DNA of 33,125 nucleotides. Source: Callorhinchus milii (lineage: Eukaryota). Below, one piece after another: positions 1 through 15,000 of this stretch. Numbering within the stretch: position 1 is the first letter of the stretch; the number at the start of each line of letters is the position of its first letter. A program made the position numbers and the translations under genes. The notes beneath the pieces are model-generated. The model was given only the letters and a program-made list of their open reading frames with translations, was not told where the DNA came from and did not search any database. The stretch is from NCBI RefSeq assembly GCF_018977255.1, contig NW_024705585.1, positions 1-33,125 of the forward strand. The letters are read 5' to 3'.

Positions 1-3000
1 TGCCCTATTATCTCGCACGCCCAGACCGGGAATAATATAGCAATGCATGATTGTAACAATAGGGCCCGGCGGACTCGAAGGGGAAGAAAAGGACCTCACG
101 ACCATAGTCAGGATTCTGTGATATTATAACCATTTTCGAGGATTGTGCGCATCACGAGTAAGACTACCTACTAGCCTTTGATATAAATATTTTGCCTGCC
201 CAACTCTTAGAGAGCCGAATCTTGGGCCGCTGTGCTACCGTGCTACCGGACTATTTCTGTAGAATGCAGTTGCGTGGAGTCAGGCAAGCAACGCTCACGG
301 CACGAACCGATTGTCACCTAAATGTGCTGCTAACCGGCTGTCTATTATGGATCCTTTCATTCTATAGAAATAACACAGAATCGTAGACCTGCGAAGAGTA
401 TAACGGATGTCGAATACTAGTCGCAGATTTGTGATCACTCGTGACTATTACTAAAGTATAACCGCAGAGCTGACAATGGTACTGTGGCTTTATAACTGGA
501 AGGGTAAATACGCCGGCTTGTGCGGCTAGCCTAATAGTAGATCGCGTTAGCTCCCTCAAAGAGGGACTTCCTCTGTATACGATACTGACTCCCCCAGTGG
601 GAGCTACTTCGTGACGCATAATAAAAAAGAATGCCTGGCGGATATGATTTTTTGAGGTTATCCGTGCGAACCGTGGCGGTATGGCAGGCACAGGCTGCCT
701 CCAACTTAACAGCAGAGATGACGAAATAGAACAACAATGGGTGATGATTTTTGCCAAGACCCATAAGCTTGCGCGATAGCGTACCCAGTGAAGAGAAATC
801 ACGGCCGGATATCGTGTAGGAGTTGAGGCTTCACATGTCAAAGACGTGCCTTCGCAGAAGTCTCACATATCTAACCACAATACAGAAACGTGGTACGCCC
901 GTTCCTTGTGGCCCATACGGCCAGGCCTGTTTCGCGCGAATTACTCGGGTTAGCTTATGCCAAATTCGAGTATGTCCTAACGTCATCATGGATCAGGGGG
1001 TCCGCGGTCCCCCAGTTCCCGAGAATCCTTAGAAAATATACACGGATGTTCTACCAGGCGCCCCTCGGGAGTATCCCAGCTTCGCAGATAGAGTTCTACA
1101 GAACATGGACAGACTGTATCTGTGCGCCGCTAAGGTAAAGACGCCGCCCAAAGGTAGCTTACCGTCGGTAGTGGCTTTACGAGGGAATCGGTTTTAACAT
1201 CCTAGGAACGACGCTATGATGTCTTGCGTGTATACTAGGAGATGGAGACGACACTTATTTAGTGGACATGAAGACCCGGAGAGTTTGGGGAGATCGTGGT
1301 GTATGTAGCCGGTCTTCCGCAACAGAGGCGGCGTTGGCGCAATACCGCTATGACAGTTAATTACATGCTGGTTGAGCGGGCGGCTATGCCTAACGCAGTT
1401 CAGTCCCGTTAGCTGAATCTTTGGAGACTGATGTGCACAATCTAAAACTATATTTTCTCCATTAGGTCACTCGGCCCTCGGTGGGATCCCGTAGGTACTG
1501 TCATTAATACCGTGCGATCCTCTTCTCTGTCGAGCCACGCCTCTTTACGTACCACTGGCTTGGTCGAAGATAGGATGCACCTCCGCACCATTATTAGACT
1601 TTACGTAATATGGCCCAGTCATATTTACTCCTGTTCATCCTCAGGTGTCTCCTGATATTGGGGCGGCAGGACCATCCACTGTACAAAGAGCGTTCTTGGA
1701 GTATAATTACTGACCAAACGGCTCAAACCATTAGTTGAAGTCAATAGAAGGGACACGAGCCGTTACCCTCAGCGATTGTTGAGGGTACCCGATTCATCAT
1801 ATATGAATTTTGGCAGTGCGGTTATACATCCCTTCACGCCGACTGACTCATATATATGGAGGTATAAAGCCCCATTAACCGGCTCCTAACCGAAGGCAGG
1901 CCTGTCGTGCCGCATAGACAGTGCGGGACTAGCGCGACATACGCCTAATGGAGGATCTGACGGCATTCGGGACATAATAGTCATGGGTCAGAGACATTTA
2001 AACGCTTAGGTATGTGCTCGCACTTTCCAACACGCAATGACGTGAGTCGCTCCGTATTTCGGTTTTTATGGTCCATGATTGCTTTAGGCATCTTGAAAGG
2101 GTGCACTGCCAGTGCCCTGCTATCCTGCCGGCCGGGGGCCGGGCGCTGAGGACTGGACTTACGGCGCGGTAGTTTGCTCAACGTAATGAATTATGTGCGG
2201 GCTCGGTATGATATTCATCCGTATAAAGGCCCTATAAGGCTCACAGACCGCTGTTGCAATATCAGGTTCCCTGAATCCTCTTGGACTGAGGCAGCGTCAC
2301 TCAGCCTAAGGATCAAGATAGATCTGCTGAAAAAAGGTTGAACAGTTGAGCCTGGACTTATACTCACTCAACGTCCAAGTTCCCCAATGACTCAACTTGC
2401 GTACTTTCGGCGGGCCAAGAGATATTACACATGGGGGCTTGTAACATTGTCTACGTTATAGTCAATTGTGAGAATTTCGCGTCTGCGACTATCATAAGCG
2501 GCTCATGACCCTGCTGTTAACTACGCCAAGTGGAGAAGTGGGTATTTGACTAGACATAATTAACACATAGCAGCGGCTACCAGTGCAGTGATGCCAATCG
2601 CGCTCTGACACGAAGATTAAATCCTTACAGAACTGTCTCCAACCCTTTACTTAGAGGGGTGGGACCATAGTATGACACCTGTGTACAGCATTGTCCCTTA
2701 CATTACTGGTCCCATTAGGCCCGTAATATTTGTAATGCAATAAACAAAAGATGTATAATGTCTCGGAAGCTTTCAGCAGATTTGAACGGACCGATGTGTG
2801 GGCAAGCAGTATACAGAATTGCCGGTTCTTATTAAGAGATGACTTCAGTACCAGCGGGGAGTATATCACTGTATGGATGCACCCTGAGGGCATAATTCAG
2901 AATCCATCTGGCAACAATCCGCTGGTTCAAGCCCCGCGCATGAGAGGACAGGGCGAGCACGATGCTATCACTGTTTAAACGCACTTAACGAACGTGAAAT

Positions 3001-6000
3001 TCCTCTATCTTTCTAAATTGCAAGCCCGTTGGGGATCCAAAGGTAGAACCTGCGCATAGGACTGGTCTTTCGGTAACGCTATATCTTGATAGAGGGGGAC
3101 TAGTTTTGTTTCTGCCTGTACGGTCGCCTAGACCGACGCTGCAACCTATCCCCGCTTAACAGGTTGCAAGTCGTAACTTGACTCAGTCGACTGACGTACC
3201 GTAGAGAGCGAGCATGTTGGTCGACCCGTCGTACCGGGATCGTTACGGGTGGCATTTCCGTGCCTGCACCCGAGGTCGTTTGCATATTGCCGGTACCAAC
3301 TTGCTGTCCTCGGCCCTTATACCGGGGGTGTACACCATGTTCGCACAACCAGCCCTCTACCCGAGCCACAATTTCTCAACTAGATACGTTCACACTTTCT
3401 TCAACAACCCAAGGCTTAGTCCAACACCCTACCATCACTACTTGCGCACATCTCAACTTGCGAAGCCCTGCGACACTATGATTCAAGCACGGACCCTTAT
3501 GCTGGCTATGGGGGGTAAGAAAGAGGGTGTCAACCTCAGAGGTTCACTCGCATAAATTAGCTCGAAGAAGCACGGCGCAGAGCATGGGTGCATGCCATCT
3601 TGTGTTTGCAACACCCACCCTTAAGGAATGCGTCGTGTTAGTCCGCTCTTAGAGTTGCATGACATTCTAGTGACTAACCATATGCATACATAATCTGAAC
3701 CTCGCCCGTGTCTGTGGTGACGTTCCAAGCGGCTCCAAGATTAACGAAGCTCTCTACACGCTGTATGGGCGTCGCCAATCTCCGGCGTTGATATATCCGC
3801 AATTATTAATAGAACTGATAAAGTTTCCCTGGTACCAGGCCAACCGCCTGATAATAGAGAGAGGGTACCAAAAACACATGCACTCCTGCGAGGTGGGGAG
3901 GTTAAGCTAGAATCTGTTTGCCCCGCAGCCAGCCAGGGCCACCTTGCTTCGGAACCGGTTGAACCGTCATAGGACGGGACATAAACTACGAGCATATAGC
4001 ATTCCACACGAATAAATCGATAAATACTTGAGGGGGAGACGCTCAACCTGGAGTTGGGGTAAGCGAACACTACGATTGTTTGGTACGTCAGCAGAAGGAT
4101 GAGGCGCGATGGCGATGGTGCTCCATGTGTGCAGTTTGATCCTACCCGAGTTTGCCCTACTCGTGTAATGAGTCAATCCTAAACCGCGCGGGGGCCCACG
4201 CAATATTTGGTGAACAGGAGTGTGCGAATCTCCGTCGGCGTCCCCATCGGGATGATAATCCCCCGTGTGAGATCAGGTTCACCCCCTAGTCCGCCCTGCA
4301 GGAGGGGGCGTTAAACAACCGCAGGTTGTGTCTGCACGAACGGCTCAATAAGGAACTCGACCGTCCTATTCTGATGCGATACGCTAAGTATAAGGATTTC
4401 GAAGGCGAGGGGTATAAGGGTACGTTATTGAAATGCCTCATTTTTGGCTTTGACCCTGTACGAGTCTGCGGAAAAGTACACGAACGTTCCCTAACAGAGG
4501 AAACCATAAGTAGCAAACTGAAGATCGCGCCAAGCTGCTGAATGCTTTGTATTCGTCGGTGTTCGAAAAACGACCCGGATCTGTTTATTAAGAAATCGCA
4601 GAGCCTCGGGTAGGTGTTATTACAACCCCGGAAGACCAGATACGCCACCTACCTTCTTTAATCTTGATCGGTACTAACTACGAGATCAATTCCTTGGTCC
4701 TATATTATCGTGGAGATCACTACAGCTAACGGAAAAAGTTGAAGCTTTCGAAGGCATGATGGTCTTCGTTTAAATTCTTGCACGAGAGCATCGAGGGACT
4801 CGTGTCTATCTCAATGCGTGGGGGTAGTGAGTGTGGATTGCAATCGATCTTCTCCAACTTGGAGGGGAGATACTGCCACCGGTACTTAGAAGTGCGTATT
4901 GGCACAATGCTCACTATGACCGCAGGCCGCATCTCGCTTACTAAACACGTAGGGCCGGCCGCATGCGTTGATCTAGCGTACGGAGAATTGAGAAGAAATA
5001 TCCCGATCACACCATCAATGCGTGAGCGCGGTAACGATCGGGTGTGAGTATAGGGTGTCGTGGGATAAGCTATTACCTCGCGTAGGAAGTTAGGTGGCCC
5101 AGTTAAATCGGTTAATAGGTGTCGGGGTGAAGTTGGACATCAAAGCGCACATACACCTGGAGTGTCGGATCTAGCGTGGATTATGTTATCAACCTCAAAT
5201 CTCATTCAATCGCCCCATTCTGTATACTGCAGAACAAGGAAGTTGGAGCCCTGAAAGCTATTTGAGCATGTTCGTACTTTATTTTACGCTGGCTGAATAG
5301 GACCCCTAACGTGTCCTCTCGACAGGCGACGAATACGCCATAATCTTTTCCAGCGTGGGGGTGGCTTTCCTGGTACGGTCACGGGGTACAGAGCGCCTGC
5401 AGAAGCGACTCGTGATATCACACTCGGAGCGCCCACTCCGGCTGTCTAAGTTGCTTGGACTTGCTGCTACCCATGTGCGAAGTTTGGTCCCCCATTCATT
5501 ATGGTCTGCGTTGGCAGGTGGTTGGTGAGCCCAAACCTGGGATGAACCTACAGAGAACGCTAGCGAATTTCGTGTTCGCGCTAAGCAGAAGTACAGTTGG
5601 CCGAAGACATATCGATCACGGAGCGGTCACGTGGATAGATATCTGTTCGTTTACACGGAACGATTATTAGTAGGCAGTCCAGGCAATCTGTGTAATAAAT
5701 CAGGGAGCCTAAGGAGACAAATGTAGTTAGGGCTGTCAACATAAGTTCCCTCCTAGTACGGCCAGGAAGAGCGATCATTCCGGGAGTAACAAAGGACAGT
5801 GATGTTGTTGGAGGCAGATCTCTGGGCTGTCAATGCGCAATTACACATGGTAATTGGCAGCTAGGAGGGTGACGACGGAGAGTACGAAACGCGAGCAACA
5901 TTTTCGGAACCGCGTCTCAGGAATTCCCTATGTACCCATAAGCAAGAGAGGGCCTGTCCGCTGCACTCGATAGTCCCAGGTATCATGGGTTCCCTTAAAT

Positions 6001-9000
6001 TTACTGCTCTCAATTCTCGCGCGTATCGAGGATGCGGGCAACGTACCTTCCCAGGTTAACAGCAGTACTGTTCTGTCCAGAGCTCGCTTTATTATGCTCA
6101 TAGGTATTCGATAACAGCGTCTACCACAGCGTACCGCAAGTATTTCAGCTGTGCACACCTCAGCCTGGGAGCTCGTTATTCCCGAAGAAACGAGTCACAT
6201 AAGAATAGGTATATGGAATTATACCGATAAAAACGCCACATAATTATTTTCATGGTTTAGACGACTCGTAGCGCGATGGCAGGGTATTCGTGAGGATAAG
6301 CACGTCGTAGACCCAACCAGTTGGGTTGCAAGGCCCAGTTATTTCAATGCATTTGAAGGTTGAATCGGATCTCAGAATTTTGACAAGGGGGTAACGAGCC
6401 AGCCATCTTCGTGAAGATTGTAATGCTTAACTACGTGACCCGATATGTGTGTGCACGCCCGGCTATCTGATCCGATAACGCCAAGCGCCGTCGACTATCT
6501 AAGACTTGGTCGGACGCGAGTGTGTGTTCGTCAATACAAGAGCGCGCCGCGTTGAAGTTATTAGTGAGCAGCGATTTACAGATATTCTTGCAGGGGTGAT
6601 GTGCATACCAGAGGCGACCTAACGATCCAGACGCATAGACCCTGTACGAGCTACAGCAGGTTTTTGACCCAAACGCCTGTCGCGGATTTACAAAGGGCCC
6701 TCGGAATCAACCTACGGGTACTCCGAACTTATGGCTAACCATAGAGCATTCATGCGTTCGAGCTAGCCCGAGCATTATGTTGGTGTATGAGACGAGACCT
6801 TCAGGCTCCGCCCTATGCACGCAATGCAAATCATGACAGAAGGCGCGTACGCTCGTGCTGTTGGCACGTGCACCGATAAGCTAGTTAAGCTGTGCCACCC
6901 AAAACGCCTGCGCGTTCATGTCAACCGGGCGCTCTCCTAGATCACCATTTAAATTACATCGAGACGAGCTAACATACGCTGCAGGGTATGATGTGAGTGG
7001 GTACTAAAGGCCCATCATCTGTACTAAGAATCCTATGTGGGCGAGACTCTTCAGGCTTGCAGGGGGGTGATGGAGACGGAATCCTAGGCCTGCCGAATGG
7101 GTGTGGAGTCCCAGACGGAACAGAAGCCGCCGAATCGCATTGGTCCTGGTGTAAGAAACAGTGACCGGGTGCTACAGTAGTCAAGAGGTGAACACTCATT
7201 CACTTCACCAGGCTTCCATCCTGCTGGTGCAATTGGCTCGGTACTGGATACGTTCCATGGGGGATAGGATCCTTGTTACTCCGCCTAAGCATAAACCCAC
7301 CGGCAGCCGGCACATCATTTTTTACTCCCGGAGACCAGGGTACCGTCTGGGTCTTGGAGCTGCGAGTCGCGAAGGTCGGTTATCGGATAGCGTACCTTTA
7401 CAAACAATAAGCCATAGAAGAGTTAGGTGTCGTGCGAAAGCTGTAGCTTCCACCGAACGTCTACTTTGACCAAAACTCAGTGAGTCTTTATGACTAAGTA
7501 ATTCCCACTCCCAGCACGCATCCTCAAATAACATCAGAATGACGAAACATTGAGGCACTGTTGTTTTAACAAGCGCCTGAATTATAGAAACGTCCACATT
7601 ACATATTTTGTATCGAGAGGGTTTGATGGACTGGTTATTGCGTGCGTATGCCGGAGAACGCTGATGTACTCGATGCGATTTGTCTTATCCTATTCTTGTT
7701 TACTACTAAGCCTCACGTTTGATGCTCGGGCCAAGTTGCTTAGGTTATCCGGCTTTGGTCTGAACGGGTTCGCCACAAAGCGTAAAGCCTACGATACGGA
7801 TGAATTCGGAATGAAGCGGCTTGTCCCGCGCGTGCACCGTCAGGATGAAGTAGAGTCCCCCCACCCTCGCCGTATTTTACCCTTATTTGTTGCCTTTGAG
7901 GTTGATCTTGCTGCCTACTTTCAAAAAATCCAAATAGTCTAGAAGCGTCCGTCATCGCTAAATAGAATTACAGATTCGGGAGTGTTTAACAGGGGGCTTA
8001 AGTTGTCATCCATCGTGGGTCGCAGGTGGCAAGAAACAACCCTCCAGACGCAGTAAAGTGTCCATCTAGTTACACTTGACATGCACACCGGACTCACGTT
8101 GACGTAATCTTAATCGTCCACTGATTCTCAATGAGGTAATACAGACGGCATAGCTTGGGATTGCCGTGCAAGGTTTTTGGACGTCACGGCTGTCGGCTGA
8201 CCGCCCGAACAGCATTAGTATCAGTGTCACAGAGCCATCAAGAGACGACGGATAAGCCGTGACACCATACGCCTCTTGACCCTGAAACTCGGCAGGTCCT
8301 CTCGATGCGCGTGTTTTCGCCGACCGCTGTCGCCACCGCGCGCACTTTTGGTCTAAAACTATAGCAGTGTCCGTCAACGATTATTATGGAATTGCTAGAA
8401 GTACGCAAGAGTTAACTGGTGACATCTTCTGGGGCATTCAGAGCCTCCCGTTTTCGATAGCATCAGTATAGTGCTAGCATGACTCAACTTCAGATCCCGA
8501 CAGGCGCTAAGTGCCAGCCATACTGATAGACTTGGTACGTCCTGACTTACTTATTGGCAGCTATTGCAGCCCGCACCAATTGGTGGTCCAAAGCTTCCCC
8601 AAGAAGAGCAGACAGACCCGAACTCGCATCTTTCACCTGTCGTTTCCCCGGTAGAAGGACGCCTGGACTAGCTATGTATAAAAAAAGTGTCGCAGTAGGA
8701 CAAATATTGCAAGACGGTAGTAGTGACTGAGGCATTTCGCAATGTAGGGATGTACCTGGACCCTCGAAGGCTCACAAATGGCACCGTGAGCAGGTTGGCA
8801 GTGGGACACTTGTCGTGATTCAGCTCATTCGGTTTGACACTGCCCTTCTATTTTGGACGATATATGACTTGGAACTACTGGGGTAGCCAAACGTACATAC
8901 TGTGGGCTGAGGTGTCTCAAGTTGATGATGGTAATCATTAAATATGCCAGGGAACTCTAAGGGATGGTGAATCGCTTCACTAAGCGGTATACGCGTGTTG

Positions 9001-12000
9001 ATACTAACTGATGGCATATTTGTTTTAAGTTTATAACTCTCTGTAAGATTGCCATCCCGCATCCTCCTAAACGATGCACCGGCGTGAAAACCTTTAGCCT
9101 CATTACTTATGCGGGTCCCCCCAAATGTGAGCGAACGATAACTCGTTTTGGGGGAGTGATTAAGATGCCTGCTCCTACGTCGACCGCTTTCCAATAAAAT
9201 TCGTTCGCCGAAGGATAGTAGCAGACCGACAGCGAGACTAAAATTGTAAACCGTTATAGCGACAAGCTGTTGCCCCCCTTGATCTCTGCAAAGCATTTAG
9301 CAATAAAGCTTCGCTGGACTAAGGATACAACGCACTCATAATTGAACACGTGGAAGGCTCTTGAAAACTCAAGGACTAACTAACACCCACTGGGCGTTTG
9401 CCTCACGCGTCTCTCACCGGTACCAACGTACACGTGCATCAAGGTGTTCCCCCCTGATAGGTGTCGATTCATTAAGTGCGTGATAAGCGATCTACGCGGG
9501 TGCGGCGTGCGATTCTCTCTCCAGGAGCATCTGGCACTGGATGGACGTAGTATATAGAATGATTCTAAGTGTCTCCCAACAGCAACTGGACGACAAATAA
9601 GGAATGCAAAGCAGCCGGGGATTTGAAGCAGTATAAACCCACTATTACGGCGGCGACTATGGGCGTAATGTAACTGAATTTTACGTTAGCCCTGTCAGTG
9701 CAATTTCCAAACCATCACAGGATACCCTTCAGCAAGAGCGAATTAGATGAGCTCCACATAACCATGACTCTACCATAGTTCCTATCTGGTAGAGGTACAC
9801 ACCCGCCTAAAGATAAGCATTACCGTTGGGCCAGTTATATTCCCGCACTACAACTCAAGAAAGTCACTTACGATCGTAAATTGATGGCCCAGACTACCAT
9901 ACGTGGGTTTGAACGAGTCTCCAACCGAAAAAGCTCCACAGCAAGCTACCGACACTTGCTTGGAGACCGGCAGGTGCGTGAATCTTTGCACCTCCGCACG
10001 GAGCAGGCCGAAGTCTTTTGCCTTTCCTAGATAGGAAGAGAACCTTGCGAATCTTCTGCACTAGAGTCGCCTGTCTATGCCATATCTAGTGGAGATTAGC
10101 AAACAGACATGCGCGTTAAGGCGAGAAGGGATCCAACTATTAGCTGGGCTTTTTGGATGCCTACTGGGAGACGGCGTTTGCATCCAGGCTGTTACTCGTT
10201 GCTGGTTGATACTAAGACTAGTAAATCTTAGACAATTTAAGTGTGTGGACGTTGGCCTGTTGGCTACCGATTATCCCCGAGTCTTTGCGGTTTATTCGTT
10301 TCTTTAATCTCGTGTGGACTCGGAGCGCAGTACTATATTAGTCGACATCACTGCCCCGGCTCCCTTTCGATTTGTTTAATACTTGCATCAGACATGGCGT
10401 AGACTATGCAAAGGAAGATTCCGCTTGGCTCCACCGCATCTGACATTTCGGGCAGCCTATATGGGGCGCCCTAAATCTGCGTATCGGCCACGGTACCTGA
10501 TCTAACAGGCGTTCAGTAGGTGGTAGGATAAGTCCTTCGATAGTCGGGGGTCGCCTCGCGGTATGTTTAGAAATTCTGAGGTTTCGAACCGAATTACGCC
10601 ACGCACTGTTCACGGGTCCGGTTAGTCGGAATTTATATGGAGATGGCAAGATGGTTCCTGAGATTTCGTCCCCTCATTATATGAATGAAAGTTTGAGCTA
10701 AGCGACAAGATAAAACTATTACCGGCTCGGCGGGGGACGAGAAACAAACGGGCATAAGGAGTAGAAACATGATAATCCCCCGCGACTTCTGAATTCAAAA
10801 TTTGTGAGGGACCGTCATTCATTCGCCTACCCACGGTCGGCGTATCGACTACTCTGGACTTCACCTGAGCGACTGGTCATTACGAAGTTGGCGGTAGCCC
10901 GCCACTATCTGAGGGAGAAGTGTTAAGGTGCTACATCTTGAAATTCGAAGACGCCCTGGCGATGTGATTCCCTGGGGTGGTTCAAATCAGAAGACCAAAC
11001 CGGGATGAAGTTATTTATTCCTTTCACTCGCAAGTTACCCTGGCGAAAATTACAAACGGAATATGTTCCCATGGCGTTGCGCACGACCACTCGGCTAGTC
11101 AGTAGTTCGGCTCACGGTCCTGACCGAACCTACTGACGCGTTTCCAACTGGTCCAAGTCGAAGCATCTGCAAGTATGAGCTGTGATATATTACGATGGCC
11201 TCGACTACTAGATTTGGTGAAATCACCCCGAAACGTCCAGGTGATTGTATGCGTGTCGAATTAATTTTCAGTTGTGTGTCCACTAGCTTTAGTGTCAGCG
11301 GATGGTTAATATATCCTTAAAGAAGTTTGTTACAACCGCGCAACTGTGTGCCTGTGGGGATGCTTGAAGCGCAACTACTCCGAGGAGCACGTGGGCCCCC
11401 AGGAGACCACTCCACCCTGAGCCCATCGTGTGAATACTGATGTCGCGTTTCAGGGCGGCCGCGAAGGATCTTACGCTCCGATTACCGAAGTGACTATCAT
11501 ACTTGCGTGACCTCTTAAGAGCACGATTTGGACGAAAGACCCCACAGTACAGCTAGGGCCGTCAATGAGGAGGTAGGAATATTTATGGTACAGAATAGCG
11601 GCATCCTTTGGTACTCCAGTAGTTTGGTCTGAAGAATGTGAACCTCCGTGTAACCGGTGCTCAGGTATGTCCAGCGGTGTCGAAGAGAGACGTACACAGA
11701 GTGCGAGGCATACCTATCGCGAAGGGGACAAACGCAAAGGCCGCATCGATTGACATTGGGAAAATACACGCGCGGATCGAGAAAACTTGTCGTGTCGGCA
11801 GCTGGAGCTGCTCCGCAGCTCAGTCATTCGGGCGGTGGCAAGAAGGCCCTAGTACGCTATTCACCAGCCAGATGACGCTCCGAACCCGGGGCTACGTTTA
11901 AGCCCGGATAGTGATCGCCAAAGGAGGTTTTGCCACTGCTCCCATATACAAGAATCGAAGGAATGCCTCGGTGCTCTCCGCCGGTATTTCTAAGGTTCCC

Positions 12001-15000
12001 AGACGTTGCTCTCGAAGCTCTGTTACGTCCATATTATATGGAGAGTGCTTGCTCGTCTTCAGGTATAGATCGAAGCTACATCAAGTGATTGTGGTATGTT
12101 GGTAATCGCAACTGTGTGGAAGGGAATGAACGATTAATGCCGTTTAGTGCGTGGGAAATTATGTGCCGAAGGGTGTTCTACATTACAGTTATGCCCTATC
12201 ACTCGTTTGGCTGATCACTTATTTTATAGGGGAACTCTTGATGGATGGAGCCAAATGATATTGTTGCCGAGCGTCGCGAAACAGGTTAGCGAAGGCGTAC
12301 ATGGTGATCGGGCGCCACAGGGGCGGCGACTGGCTCCCACGTAAGTACCCCCGCCTTTCCCCCATCATCCGAGTGAGCATGGTACACTCTTCGGTAAGAA
12401 AAACGATGAGACCCGTCGAACCCCCGGCGTGGTCACTTATCTCGGCACCACTCGTCACTTCCTCTAGAAAACAGCCTCTAGTGTGCATCCTATCTGGGTA
12501 GATTCCGGCGGTGGCTTGGATTGAAAAAGAAACCTTAACGCATAGAGTTGGACGAAAATACAATACGTCTTTGAAGGTTAACCAAGAATGGTTTAGCGTA
12601 CTTTAGGGCATACAGGCTACTTCAGCGATAAAAGCATTTTCGGGTACATTGGACCATACTCAAACCGATGTTTAACATTCAACGATAGGACCTGTGAATG
12701 CTAGTCTGAGACGTTCTCTAACTCGTATGTGACCTGAGAGTCCCAAAGTTAGCACCAGAATCTTATCATTGTGGTAGCCTTACCGCGCAGGCATGTGCAT
12801 GCAGCCCTCCGGCAGGTCAATAAAGATTAAATTCAAGACAGCACCATTCTACTGAGGGCGAAGTGTCTTAGCAGGATCTACACAAAGATGATCGTGTCCT
12901 GCGCGAGTACACAATATACGGATGTCTTTAGGAACATTTAATGACCAAGCTCGAAAGGCTGTTAGTCCTAGGACACTATTGTCGACTTAGCAGCACTTGT
13001 ACGTGAATAGCGGGCTGATGCGAAGGCATCCTTCTCGTGGATTATATTAAGTTTGCTGGAAACGAGCGGGCATCCCTGGTGCTTGTTGAGAACGGATCCA
13101 CCACAAGGGGCTAATCATGACTGATAAAGCACTAATGGAGGATGGGACTGCACTTCTAGGAATGCCAGCACAGCCCAGTATAGGTACAATCATGATTTAT
13201 CCGACCGAGGACGGATTTACATACCGGGGAAGCCGCTTTTTCGGGCAATGCGGCCCTAGTCGCGGCCGATCACCCCTAGACATAAATAGTCGGCAGCTAC
13301 TTTGATGACCGCCAGAGTGGTGCGAGTCCTCGCATTCCTATGCGAGTCTGTGGGTAGCGTAGGATGTCCGACCGGATCCCTGATGTGGCGCCAATAACTT
13401 TCCTGAACAGTTTTAAACCTTTCGGTTGACTCATGAGAGTCTAATTAATATTGGTTATCCTAAAGAGGTGCAGTGGGTGGTTTGTCTGAGCGCTGCCCGT
13501 CAGAGTTTAGCATTTACAAGCTTATTAGACGTCTGAGCGGCTGAGTGCCAATCCAGCCTGTGGAGTCATGTACGGCAGGCTGAAGAGCATCTGTAGGCGC
13601 ATACGAACACGACCTGTCGCAAACGGCCGGAGGCTACTCCCGCCTATCCTTATTACTTCCGGTGAGGACTGTTAATAGGAATTGATACGACTTAAAAGTC
13701 AAGATCGCACTCTTCAGTGATAGGATAGCCTGTCGAACAACCGCAAAGGGAACTGCCTTCGCAACCCTGATGAGTCAATGCTCATGAAGTGCCGTAGATC
13801 ACATCCCGTACGTGCGTTTTGTATTATACGTTGTTCACCAGGAGTTGGCATCTACAGATACTCTGGGAGAGGCCTAATGCATGATGGGGTGGATTCTGCC
13901 GACCATGCCATCTTGCAAAGGCCAATCAAAAATCAGATTTGTTCTATGGTTCGAATCGGTCCGAGTAGCCGAGCCAAGATGTCTTCGGACCTCAGCTGAG
14001 CGGATACCTCCTTAACGGAGATGTCCATGTGCGACTTAGGTTGAAAAGTCGCGCAATTCGCCCGTGTCGACTCCTGCACTGAATATTGAATGCCGACGTC
14101 TGTGCACTTCGAATGAGTCGGTCTGAGTCTCGCACCACCGACAGCTGCTTTGCAAATTCAAGCCTAGGGGCGCGTCATGATAGCATTAAGAGACAGTTGG
14201 TATGTGCTAGCCCGAGCGGCCTACGCAGCTAAGACCTAACGCAATGAGGCCCCTCATTCGCCGTATAACTCTGCTCCCTATACTTACGCTTTCTACGACC
14301 GTTGATAACAAGTGAATGTTCTCGACAGCAACGGGCTTTTTTCCACGCGTGGTTGGCATGGGAAAGACTCTAGTGAAAATTTATAGGACGGAGTTTTATT
14401 CGGAAGCGTACTGGGCGCAATGCATATTGTCTTACCCCTGAGCTTCAGTTGTAAACCCATCCAACCAATGCCGGTCAAATGGAGATGTAGTTTCACCTAA
14501 TACTTAAGAAAGGTTACGTTCAGACAAGTCGTACATCATTGCGCCATGCGACACTTGCAATCGATTATGGATCATGACAGAACTTCGATGATTTGATAGG
14601 TTCAGGTTGCGACGATTAGCGGCAATGGCGTGAAGAAAAAAGCTTAAAATCTTATTGACTCTCGAGAGCTATCCCGCATGTTCTTGTCCCCGGCAAGCAT
14701 CCCGACTCGTTGGGACGCTACAGCAGCCAATCGATAGAATGTTGTAGCAGCTCGTAATAGTTATCTTGCTGGGTAGCGATTGCTGGCTCGAGGAGAAAAT
14801 ATCCCCTCGACCGAGGTTTCCTATTCAATTCACCCGATCTGGCACATTATCTTGAGTGAAACAGGGGTCCAAAAACTGGCTCAGACGTCAAGGACCACTC
14901 AGTCTATTTTCCCTCACACTTTGCCGGCACCTAATTTTCTCATACCGCGAAGCGCGCAAGGCTCGCTATGTGCACGCGAAATGGAAACCCGGGTATTACC

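Noticed and set aside
13765..13795. CTGATGAG hammerhead-like box
   Set aside because: No helix II followed by GAAA and no helix I; a chance match.
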